DNA from: an uncultured Nitrososphaeraceae archaeon
Lineage (GTDB): Archaea; Thermoproteota; Nitrososphaeria; Nitrososphaerales; Nitrososphaeraceae
Direction: 5' to 3'
Length of the DNA stretch: 64,000 nt
Assembly (NCBI GenBank): GCA_963837175.1
Contig: CAWIMJ010000025.1
Location: forward strand, 1 to 64,000
The first letter of the stretch is position 1, and each line of letters opens with the position of its first letter. The notes below the pieces were generated by a model. The model ran no database searches and had not been told where the DNA came from. It was given only the letters and a program-made list of their open reading frames with translations. The position numbers were made by a program, and so were the translations under genes. Below, in pieces: positions 9,627 to 19,425 of the stretch.

Positions 9627-10148
9627 AGCAGAGTACGGCTCGCATATCCGAGCTGGTAGGTGCTATCAAGACTTACTCTTATATGCATAAAGCACACATT
9701 CAGAATGTTGATGTGCATGAAGGTAATGAAAGTACTTTAACTATTCTTCAACACAAAATAAAAAACGGGATAGAAATTATCCGTAAATATGATCCTCTTT
9801 TACCTCAGATCACCGTCTATGGAAGTGAACTCAATCAAGTGTGGACTAATTTAATTGATAATGCTGATGATGCAATGAATGGCAGAGGTAAAATATGGAT
9901 TAGAACAAAACAGGACTTATAATCATGTAATAATAGAAAATGCCTATGATGGTCCTGGCATTCTACCTGCTGAGATACAACCACAAATTTTTGAACCATT
10001 CTTTACTACAAAAAGATAGGTAAAGGAGGACTAAATTTGAACGTCAGTTACCGTATTGTAGTATAAGATCATAAAGGAAAACATCAGTTTCTCTTCCAAA
10101 CCGGGAGATACTTGCTTTCAAGTTCGAATACCTATACATTTTTCATGA
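9620..10148 (+). pseudogene. C-terminal HATPase part of a sensor histidine kinase, frameshifted
   Basis: ELNQVWTNLIDNA (N box), DGPGI (G1), IFEPFFTTK (F box), SKPGDTCFQVRIP. Confidence 0.85.
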
Positions 10149-10197
10149 TTCGAGAATCTTAAAGCACATAAGACAATGTTATAACTGAATAATTAAA

Positions 10198-11343
10198 TTG
10201 AGTAACGTAGAAAAAGAACGTCATGCTACATGGTTGGAGCTTTTTTATGACCTAATCTTTGCCGTTGCTGTTTCTCAGATAGGTCTCAGTCTGGATACTA
10301 GTAATACTTCTATTACAGCATTCCTTGGAACGATATCACTGTTTTTTCCTGTTGTGTGGGCATGGTTGGGTGTTACATTTTATGCAACCAGATTTGAGAC
10401 TGATGATTTAGTACATCGTCTACTGGTACTTTTACAGATGGTTGGAGCAGCAGCTCTTACTATTAACATACATGGCGCCTCAGGTGAGACCTCAGGTAAT
10501 TTTGCAATTTCATACGCTGCAATCAGGGCTTTTCTCGTAATCGAATACATACGTGCAGGACGTAAAATACCAACTGCTCGTACACTTGCAAATAGATATG
10601 CACAAGGGTTTTCAATATCTACTATATTATGGCTAATCTCAGCGGCTGTTCCTATACCTATACGTTTTGTTCTCTGGGTATTAGCACTTGCCGTAGATGT
10701 TTCAACTACAATCTTAGTTGGACGAAAACACCTACGTTTAGCTCCAAATATTTTTCATTTACCTGAGCGAATGGGATTATTCACTTTAATTGTACTTGGA
10801 GAAACCATATTTGGTCTTATTAGTAGTCTATCAGGCCATAAATGGACTATAGAATCTACAATATCAATAGGAGCTGGATTGGGAATAGCTTTTAGCCTTT
10901 GGTGGATATATTTTGATAGAGTTGATGGCTCTCCAATTCGTGCCTTTCGTGAAAAAGGTAGGATTGGAGTTTATACAACGTGGTTATATATTCACTTTCC
11001 CCTAGTTGTAGGCCTTGTGACTACCGCAATAGGTATAAGAGATATAGTTTCATCTGCTGAAAATATACCTTTATCTTATACAACTCAATGGTTAATCTGC
11101 GGTTCCGTTTCGCTATGTTTATTCTCAATTGGTATTATCCATCTTTCTATAGCTAGTGCAGCCGGTGAAAGGAAAGTAACGATATTGTATTTTTATAGAT
11201 TTATAGCCGGACTTGCAATTATAACTATTCCCGTATTTACAATTAGGATTTTACCATCGGTACTAATCATGATTATAACTATAATTTGCATGATGCAGAT
11301 AATACTTGATTTAAGACATCATCCTCACCATCGCATTTTCTGA
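10198..11343 (+). CDS. ltrA: Low temperature requirement protein A (LtrA family)
   Basis: RHATWLELFYDLIF...HLPERMGLFTLIVLGE...WWIYF. Confidence 0.92.
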   Translation: MSNVEKERHATWLELFYDLIFAVAVSQIGLSLDTSNTSITAFLGTISLFFPVVWAWLGVTFYATRFETDDLVHRLLVLLQMVGAAALTINIHGASGETSGNFAISYAAIRAFLVIEYIRAGRKIPTARTLANRYAQGFSISTILWLISAAVPIPIRFVLWVLALAVDVSTTILVGRKHLRLAPNIFHLPERMGLFTLIVLGETIFGLISSLSGHKWTIESTISIGAGLGIAFSLWWIYFDRVDGSPIRAFREKGRIGVYTTWLYIHFPLVVGLVTTAIGIRDIVSSAENIPLSYTTQWLICGSVSLCLFSIGIIHLSIASAAGERKVTILYFYRFIAGLAIITIPVFTIRILPSVLIMIITIICMMQIILDLRHHPHHRIF

Positions 11344-11620
11344 AATGCTACTCTAAAGACTAAAGCCAAAATCAGTTTTTACCAATAGCTATTTTTGATT
11401 TCTGGCTCAAAATCTCTCACTATGTTGATGGTAAGGAAAGTAGATAATATCTACATTATTTTCTTACTCTACTTTAGGTTGAACTTTGGGTTTAAGCTGC
11501 TAATACCTACTTACTCTAGAAATAAGATCCAGTTTCTCATATTGTTAAATCAATCAAAATTACTACCTGTATGTATCTTTCACTTCATGTACTAGTTTGA
11601 CCTAAGGCAGATGTTCATTT

Positions 11621-11766
11621 CTAGCTAGGAGTCTTGTTATATGAATCACATCCATTACACTGGAATATGATATCCTGGATAACTACGTTGTCTCCCAGAT
11701 TATTTGCAAGTATATGGCCACAATTACCACACAAAAGTCTTCTATTCTCATCTCTTTCTTCCCGTA
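11621..11766 (-). pseudogene. 5'-truncated zinc-ribbon gene fragment
   Basis: Hand translation ...RRLLCGNCGHILANNLGDNVVIQDIIFQCNGCDSYNKTPS*; in-frame stop just upstream. Confidence 0.55.
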
Positions 11767-11769
11767 AGT

Positions 11770-12040
11770 CCTATTGCGGACATATTACCAGCTAAAGGTA
11801 CCAAAGTTCGTCTTTGCTAATGATCTCTCACAGCAGCATGGCTACAATCGACACTACTATTACCACCATTAATTCCTGGAACTTGCATAATAACTACATT
11901 TGAAAACATTGTATAGCACCTTTCTGATATCAGCTGAGGTTTATTACAGTTAATGATAGCTATCTGATGAAAGAGTAGGTACGCTAATTCAACTAAAGAT
12001 AGCCGATCATTCCAGCTAGTATTTTAATCACTTTCTATAA
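11770..12040 (-). pseudogene. Degenerate second FUN14 copy
   Basis: KVIKILAGMIG..LVELAYLLFHQIAIINCNKPQLISE...PLAGNMSA aligns with 6374-6730. Confidence 0.75.
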
Positions 12041-12128
12041 GGAAATATACTTTTATTACCATCTATTTTTGGAATGGGATACTTTTCAATCATAAAGCTC
12101 TTGCTCACATAAAAGAAGATGAGTTTTA

Positions 12129-12698
12129 TCACTTTGTTATTGCAAATGAATCAATCATCCTCTGTACAATCTGCAAATCGTTTTCGTAGTCTTCTTCTTT
12201 TGCAACGTATGTAATAATATATGCTTTGTCGTCTTTTATTGTCCAAACTTGCATTGTCTTTAGTCCTGCTATATTAGTAAATACTATTTTATACCCGGGA
12301 AGATCTGCAAGCGTAGTTCTATTTGATTGAAGGAGAATTTCTTCTGTGGGATTGATTTGAGTATTTGTATATTCTTCCAATGTCATGTTATGGAAAGGTA
12401 AATTCTTCACTTGTATCTTGAGGTTTTTTGCTAGTGACGTGTCGCTAAGAGGATAGAAATCAATATCAGCAGAATCTTGGAGAAAAGAGAGATCTAATCT
12501 TCCCCAACCAGAAGGATATTGGATCTGTATCCCATAAGTCGGATTTTCGTATAGGTTGAAAGTATTATTATCATTTGTTTGTGCTATTGTTATTGTTTGT
12601 TGATTTGTAAGTGAAGTTGATAATAATGAAGTTATCATGATTATTAGCAAACTAAATAGAAGAACTTTCTTCCCACAAGAGTTACAAAGTTTGATCAT
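12129..12698 (-). CDS. Secreted PsbP-related protein
   Basis: YENPTYGIQIQYPSGW...TTLADLPGYKIVF...MQVWTIKDDKAYIITY...MIDSF. Confidence 0.85.
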   Translation of the reverse strand: MIKLCNSCGKKVLLFSLLIIMITSLLSTSLTNQQTITIAQTNDNNTFNLYENPTYGIQIQYPSGWGRLDLSFLQDSADIDFYPLSDTSLAKNLKIQVKNLPFHNMTLEEYTNTQINPTEEILLQSNRTTLADLPGYKIVFTNIAGLKTMQVWTIKDDKAYIITYVAKEEDYENDLQIVQRMIDSFAITK

Positions 12699-13302
12699 TA
12701 TGTTATTTTATAAACTGTATCTTCCTATAAAGCTCGTGTTAATCTATTGTCCGTCAATATTACTATATATTAAGTGACAACAATTTATTCAGAACTCATG
12801 AAACATGACTTTTGACTATACACACATGCTCAGCGTCGGTCTGGAATTGGCTATACATTAGCTCTAATCGCAGTAGCAGCATATTATAACAATCTTTTAG
12901 CATATTTCTAAATAATTCTCAATATTCTTCTTTGAAGATAGATTGATTATAAAACTTGCTCATATTCAATTTCTTCTTTGATAAGAAGCTCTTGATTTGG
13001 AAATAGACCACTCAAATAATCACTTACAACTACTTATTACTACTTTTCAGAATCGAAGCATCAATCAAACAGGAGGAGTGATATCCTAAATGGCTAAACT
13101 ATTAATTCCTGATATATAAAGGGTGTTTGTTAGTTATACGTTTCACACAAAGGAATGAGTATTATTTTATAGGCCACAAATCTATGTCAAATTTTATTTA
13201 AATCCAATCTATCCTATTAAATGTACAATTGCATCTCCAACTACATCTGAATGCTAGACAGATACATACACAAGGTAGAGAATAACGAGAAACTTTCTTA
13301 CA

Positions 13303-13390
13303 TTTCCATCAAAGCTTTCACACCAATATCGCAATAACTCCCGATTCTTTTAATAATGGTTTGGTGAAAGAGAATTATCATATATGAAAT
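13303..13390 (+). pseudogene. Degenerate type A integrase 5' stub
   Basis: ccatcaaagctttcac-accaatat...ggtttggtgaaagag...tatatgaaa aligns with 8401-8471. Confidence 0.45.
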
Positions 13391-13490
13391 ATATTAAATA
13401 TAATATATAATTCAAAACAAATTCACCATCAATATTTATTACATATACAATACCATTACTACTTAATATTCTGCATTTAAATACCATGCA

Positions 13491-13642
13491 TTGGTAACAG
13501 TTGAAAAGTGATGATAACGGAGGCAATAGAACTGTAGCAATGATAACAGTATTGGTAACAAGCTGTAACAGATTAAGCTTCTATTAAGTATGATTAGACC
13601 TAGTAATAAAATAAGATGATAATACTAACAACATTAGAAAGG
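13491..13642 (+). repeat. Second copy of the GGTAAC-repeat upstream block plus first codons (MIILTTLER) of the HTH family gene
   Basis: ttggtaacagttgaaaag...gtagcaatgataac...ggtaacaa resembles 1335-1415. Confidence 0.5.
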
Positions 13643-13659
13643 ACTGTTAGAAGTTCAGT

Positions 13660-14229
13660 TTAAAATGGAGTACCCTTTCCTCTTTGGTTTTTGAAGGCTC
13701 CAATAAACCATTCAAATTCATCAAGAAATCGTATGACGCTTTTGTTATACGTTGCATCCATTAATTTTCCATACTCATCAAAAGCATCTTGTACCCTTGA
13801 TATTTGAAATGATGAAGATATAGATGGTGCTCCAAGCTCTGCGAATATATGCGGAGATGTTGTGCTCGCATTTATGCCACCAACACCTCTGGGCGAATAG
13901 GAGACGATAGCAGAAGGTTTAAAATAATATTCCTCTAAAAAATAATCTAGCGTATTTTTCATTGCAGCTGATGTACTATGGTTGTATTCTGGAGTCACAG
14001 AAAGGTAGCCTTCTGCATCCTTAATTTTGTTCCTAAGGTCTATTAACTTCTCTGAAGGGTTTACCATCTCTTTATACATCCTATCGAGTAAAGGCAAGTT
14101 AAGTTCTAGAGGATCAATAAAAAATACCATATGGTTACGATCTTTCAATTTGTCTTCCATCCAGCGGGCAACTTTGATACCTTGCCGGTCTCGCCTAACT
14201 GATCCAACTATTAAAGCAATTTCAGCCAT
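13660..14229 (-). CDS. NADPH-dependent FMN reductase
   Basis: GSVRRDR...VTPEYNHSTSAAMKNTLDY...KPSAIVSYS; apparent compensating indels near 13850-13869. Confidence 0.92.
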   Translation of the reverse strand: MAEIALIVGSVRRDRQGIKVARWMEDKLKDRNHMVFFIDPLELNLPLLDRMYKEMVNPSEKLIDLRNKIKDAEGYLSVTPEYNHSTSAAMKNTLDYFLEEYYFKPSAIVSYSPRGVGGINASTTSPHIFAELGAPSISSSFQISRVQDAFDEYGKLMDATYNKSVIRFLDEFEWFIGAFKNQRGKGTPF

Positions 14230-14446
14230 TATTGTTTCTATTCTTGTTATTCTTGTTCTTCTAATATTCTATATATCTCTCCAAAATCAAACAAGTATCT
14301 CATTTATGCATTGAAGTTTTAGTCACATTTTTCCTAGGTATTAAATAAGATAATACACATAAAAATCCTAGATGAACAATGATATCCTCATATAAATATG
14401 GCAAATCAGCCGTTTTCTTTTTAACCTATTAAGTTATCGTTAATAC

Positions 14447-14575
14447 GTGATAGAAGAAAGAGATAAGGATCTAAATAACATTGTATGTGAATACTGCGGT
14501 AAAGAGTTTGATAATAGCGAGACATTCAGGATACATATAGAGCAGGTGCACACTAGTAGCGACTCGTTTCACTAA
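14447..14575 (+). CDS. 42-aa C2H2 zinc-finger protein (below the ORF-track cutoff)
   Basis: MIEERDKDLNNIVCEYCGKEFDNSETFRIHIEQVHTSSDSFH*; C-x2-C-x12-H-x4-H. Confidence 0.75.
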   Translation: MIEERDKDLNNIVCEYCGKEFDNSETFRIHIEQVHTSSDSFH

Positions 14576-14931
14576 AAAATATTACTGATATATATATGAA
14601 TTATAAGATGATTGTTAATCTTTACTGAATGGTTAGCTTATGGCGGTGAAACTTAGATGGCTTTAAGTGAATATTTTCCAATTTTTCCTTGCAGAATTTT
14701 CCACATTGATTTTGTATAGTTGATGCTCTTGCTATAGATAGAATATAATATAATATCTCTTATTCTAACATTATACTCGAAAGAGTATTATGACATATGA
14801 AAGACTACGCCAGTGCTAGAGTAGATGCCTAACTAATCTCTCTTGCAGATATTCCCTATTTCACTTTCCTAAATAACAATATGAAGAAATACAGTGTCGT
14901 TAGCTGTATATTTCTCCTTAAGTTAATAAAG

Positions 14932-15348
14932 TCATTTTTTAATGCTTTTCTTCTTCTCTTTCAGGGCATTTTCAATGACATGCACTAACTGTTTGACAGA
15001 TATTGGTTTTGTTATAAAGTTATCTATTTTAACAGTAGGCATCATTTTAGAAAATTCATTTTTATCGATCTCAAATGCGGATATTAAAATTGTTTTAATT
15101 GTTGGATGTTTTGCTTTGATCCTCCTAATGAGTTCATATCCATTCATTGATGGCATCCTAATATCTGATATAACTAGAATAAAATGTTCAGAATTATTTT
15201 GAAAATGTTCAAACGCTAACAATGGGTCTGTAAAAGCCAAGCTATTGAAGCCATGTTTTTGCAAGGATCGTTTAATAAGCGTAACAATGTCAAATTCATC
15301 ATCAACTATCAATATTGACTTTTGAAAGCATCGTTCCTCGGATGCCAT
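14932..15348 (-). CDS. Stand-alone response regulator receiver
   Basis: ILIVDDE...LVISDIRMPSMNGYEL...ISAF...FITKP. Confidence 0.93.
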   Translation of the reverse strand: MASEERCFQKSILIVDDEFDIVTLIKRSLQKHGFNSLAFTDPLLAFEHFQNNSEHFILVISDIRMPSMNGYELIRRIKAKHPTIKTILISAFEIDKNEFSKMMPTVKIDNFITKPISVKQLVHVIENALKEKKKSIKK

Positions 15349-15712
15349 AATGACCCGAACCTGATTAAAAGTTTATGCGATATATAAAGAAATAGCACGA
15401 AAATAGACTAGCTTTGTTCAGATTAAGATTTTATCATATATATTGCTTATATATAATCGATTTACATGTTGTTATTTTATAATATCATTATATAATAATA
15501 AGTCATTTTGATACTATAATGATGGTAGTAATTTATTCACAACAATACATAAGAGAAGATGAGATATTATCATCAGATTACACACACCTATGCTCTGCTT
15601 TTTTGTGAATGGCATTATTCTGTGTATTTGCTTTTCGTCTCTATATATGTCTCATATCCTCTATCTGATTATTACGAAGATTATATATATTTGATACACA
15701 TCTTCTTAGTGA

Positions 15713-15874
15713 ATGAATTGTGCTAAGTGTTATCATACTCATTTAGCCCATGAATTTAGGGATACCCCCGACAAGATGGACTCCTTGATGCTAGTTGGAA
15801 AATGCTTGATCCTTGGATGCCACTGCCAACAATACCTGGATAAAATTGAAATAATAGATGAAGAGCTGTTATAA
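15713..15874 (+). CDS. 53-aa Cys/His-rich putative metal-binding protein (below the ORF-track cutoff)
   Basis: MNCAKCYHTHLAHEFRDTPDKMDSLMLVGKCLILGCHCQQYLDKIEIIDEELL*; TATA-like ttatatata upstream. Confidence 0.75.
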   Translation: MNCAKCYHTHLAHEFRDTPDKMDSLMLVGKCLILGCHCQQYLDKIEIIDEELL

Positions 15875-16760
15875 CTGCTACTAATATGAGTGCTTATTTG
15901 CGCTGTACTCATGAACAAACTGCAGGTTAATATGCTTGACCATTACATGTGCGTCCAAGAATTGATAGCATAGTTTGAGCAGATATCTATATAACAGACG
16001 TCGTCCGCCATTACAAGAAACTTATTCAGAATATTATATTGTTTTAAGAAAATACAAATAGGTAGCTTTTGAAATCATTCTTAACATTTAAACGGTCCAA
16101 CTAATATAGAAAAATTAAAAGTAACCTTATGATTTGAAGATCCCGTTTCCATCGAGTTAAATTAGTAGATACGCACCCCATTGTTCCTTTAGTCAGGCAT
16201 ACATGTATACATATAAATCAGAACCATAATTTGCTTTTTTAATTCTGTACATTTTTTTCCTTCTTTCGTTGTTATAATAGTATTCATAGTAAGAATTATA
16301 GACTAACTTACTCTGGATCCGAAGATGAAGATGCCGTGACTACAAGCCGTATAATAGTATTGTTAAAGAGTATTTTTGTGTAACAGTTATTGACTCTAAC
16401 TCTATATTGTAACAGGAATTTTATGTCATATACCTTCATTTATCAACGAAGATATTAATTAAATCCTTGCATTATTTCTTTATAGGAGATTTCGTTATGA
16501 TAACTAAAATATATAAAAAGCTTCTCTACGAGGCAATGAATTATACAAAGTCTCGGCTGATGTTTCTTTCTAGATAACAGTTCATATAGTGATAGTACAC
16601 TTCGACTCTTGTACCGTGAAAAAGGCTTAATGTCAAGACAATGACTTGTGCTATTTTTAATATTATCACTTTAGAATAATGATCGCTATAATATACCCAT
16701 TTTATCCTTTCTCACTTGATTAAGTCAAAGTATTACAAAAACATATAGATAGAACGCTTA

Positions 16761-17288
16761 GTGATGCGGATTAGCAGGAAGATACAACGCTTGAAAAGAG
16801 TAAGAAAACCAAAGGATGTAACTCGATTTTTTCAATATGCCATACAACTTAAGTATGTTAAAAGGACAGGTTGGATTTCTAAGGTTAAAGTGCAAAATCC
16901 TGAATCTGTAGCAGATCATACGTTCTCCATGTGTGCAATAAGCATGGTATTATCTGATATACTCGGATTAGACACTCAGCGTGTTATGAAAATGGTAATT
17001 CTCCATGATCTTGCGGAATCTATAATAGGCGATTACATGCCTGGTGAAATTTCAAAAAAGCATAAGAGGTTAAAAGAAAGGATCGCCATCAATTCTATTT
17101 TGCATTGTATACCTTCTAATGTTCGTAAAAAGTATACAAAAATATGGAAAGAATATCTTCAAAACAAGACCGATGTTGCTCAACTTGTACATAGAATAGA
17201 CAAGATGGAGATGATACTGCAGGCGAGGCAATATGCTAAGGAAGGCTATCCTACCAAGTTACTTGCACAATTTTTTAAATTATGCTAA
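16761..17288 (+). CDS. HD-domain hydrolase (YfbR/HDDC2-like)
   Basis: LKYVKRTGW...ESVADHT...LHDLAESIIGD...DKMEM. Confidence 0.9.
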   Translation: MMRISRKIQRLKRVRKPKDVTRFFQYAIQLKYVKRTGWISKVKVQNPESVADHTFSMCAISMVLSDILGLDTQRVMKMVILHDLAESIIGDYMPGEISKKHKRLKERIAINSILHCIPSNVRKKYTKIWKEYLQNKTDVAQLVHRIDKMEMILQARQYAKEGYPTKLLAQFFKLC

Positions 17289-17370
17289 ACGGCATTCAAA
17301 GGATCATAAACATTATTTATAATGTCTTGAACATAAATCCTTTAAAGCTAATGCCTTAAATGATAATGTA

Positions 17371-17694
17371 ATGCAGTACTTTACAGCTTTAAAGATAGGT
17401 GAAAGGCGTGTAAAGGCGTCCCAAGACCTTTTGACATCATATACAGGCTATGCCATGCCTGCTCTTGCATTAAAAGATAACAAAAATGATAAATGGGAGC
17501 CAGTTGGAGAAGAAAATCTCTTTTCCATAATAAAAGAACCAAGTGGATATATGATCGCTTTTTGTGACAAGAATGGTATAGCAAAATCTATTGCCCAATG
17601 GTTTACAGAAGAAAAGAAAGACGAGATCGTTGCAAAAATAAAAATAGAACAGAATATGGAAGAGTATTTTGGTAAGGTATCTCTTCCAATATAA
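17371..17694 (+). CDS. Conserved hypothetical protein
   Basis: 107-aa ORF with ATG start and normal composition. Confidence 0.75.
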   Translation: MQYFTALKIGERRVKASQDLLTSYTGYAMPALALKDNKNDKWEPVGEENLFSIIKEPSGYMIAFCDKNGIAKSIAQWFTEEKKDEIVAKIKIEQNMEEYFGKVSLPI

Positions 17695-18134
17695 TAAACC
17701 CATATCTTAAAAAGCGAAGTGTTACTATGTGATCATTTAATAGGATCATATAAAGAATAAATAGACCGTGTATTCTTCTGTAAAAATGAATTTAACCCAA
17801 GTATCCGCCGAAATTTGCAGTTAGCCTAAGACATTCAATGTTCTATAATCTAATAGGATTGATATTATAATTCTAAATATATTAAAGTATGATGTGATGC
17901 ATGGCTTTTGATATATATTAGGTATTAGAGTGAGATTAAATTTAATAAAATTCAGAAATAACGAGCTTTTTATTGTCAAAGATTGTGTCTTATATCAATA
18001 ATCTCCATAATCTGTGGTTGTACAAGCCGCCCTTTCCAGGAATTATGAGAGATTTTATTGCAACAATTATTGTTTAGTATGACATGATTAAAATTTTAAT
18101 GTATGTGTCTACATATATCAGTCTGTTTTAACGC

Positions 18135-19418
18135 TTGACTGGAAAATATGAACAAGAAATTGAAGTGAAGGGTCATCTTATTGATTCACTGATATTAACA
18201 AATATTTTTGATAAAGTCATGGATCTTAAGGGTAATTTTCATGTTCTCGAATTCGATGTAGGAAAGAGAAAGAGAGATACAAGTTATGCTCGCCTTTTAG
18301 TTCGAGGCAAAAATCAACAGCATCTATATGAATTATTAGAAGCAGTGTATAGAGAAGGAGCGCAACCTATATCCATTCAACCAGTAATGCTTGAATCAGC
18401 TTTAAAAGATATGGTGATGCCTGACAACTTTTACAGCACTACCAATAATGCAACACAGGTTTACTATAATGGTTCATGGATAAAGGTTGAAAATATGATG
18501 ATGGACAAATGTATAGTATTGGAGAGAGAAAAGATGAGAGCAGAATGCAAAATGATTCGTGATGTGAAAAAAGGAGAGAATATAGTTGTCGGAGAGCATG
18601 GAGTCAGGATAATTCCACACGAACGTCCCCGAGAAGGTATAGACATTTTTCAATTTATGAGTAGTAGCAGTTCAAGCGAGCGACCGACACAGCAAATTGC
18701 TCGAAAGGTCGCCAGTGATATATACAAGATTAAAGAATCAGGTGGAAAAATAGTAGTGGTTTCTGGACCAGTGGTTGTTCATTCAGGTTCTTCAGAAGCT
18801 CTTGCCAAATTAATAAAAATGGGTTACGTACATGGTTTGCTGGCCGGCAACGCTCTTGCGGTTCATGACGTAGAGAATTCTCTGATGGGAACATCACTAG
18901 GCATGCAAGTCGATGATGGAACTCTTGCAGTAAGGGGTCATAGAAATCACATGCAAGCAATTAACGAAGTATTTAAATTCGGATCGTTAAGAGCAATGGT
19001 TCAAAAAAAGGTCTTAAAAAAAGGTATAATGTATCAATGTATTATCAACGACATACCATTTGTCTTAGCAGGATCCATCAGAGATGATGGACCTATTCCT
19101 GATGTTGTGATTGATGTTGTGGAAGCACAACGAAAATACAAACAAGTACTTAAGGACACTAAAATGGTATTGATGCTGTCTACAATGTTACATTCAATAG
19201 CCGTAGGCAATATGCTTCCAGCAACCGTTAAGGTTGTTGCGGTGGACATAAGTCAGCCGGTAGTGACAAAACTTCTTGATAGAGGAACTACCCAAGCTAT
19301 AGGAATTGTGACAGATATTGGAGCTTTCTTACCTATGATTGTAAAGCATTTAGAACGGATGATGGCATCAACAAGATTCTCTTCTATGCCTTCAATGCCA
19401 AAAATGAAGAAAAAATGA
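18135..19418 (+). CDS. TIGR00300-family protein (LOR/SDH-related, ornithine cyclodeaminase-type)
   Basis: GHLIDS, PDNFYSTTN, AGNALAVHD, LAGSIRDDGP, MLHSIAVGN, KLLDRG motifs. Confidence 0.9.
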   Translation: MTGKYEQEIEVKGHLIDSLILTNIFDKVMDLKGNFHVLEFDVGKRKRDTSYARLLVRGKNQQHLYELLEAVYREGAQPISIQPVMLESALKDMVMPDNFYSTTNNATQVYYNGSWIKVENMMMDKCIVLEREKMRAECKMIRDVKKGENIVVGEHGVRIIPHERPREGIDIFQFMSSSSSSERPTQQIARKVASDIYKIKESGGKIVVVSGPVVVHSGSSEALAKLIKMGYVHGLLAGNALAVHDVENSLMGTSLGMQVDDGTLAVRGHRNHMQAINEVFKFGSLRAMVQKKVLKKGIMYQCIINDIPFVLAGSIRDDGPIPDVVIDVVEAQRKYKQVLKDTKMVLMLSTMLHSIAVGNMLPATVKVVAVDISQPVVTKLLDRGTTQAIGIVTDIGAFLPMIVKHLERMMASTRFSSMPSMPKMKKK

Positions 19419-19425
19419 GTAAAAA

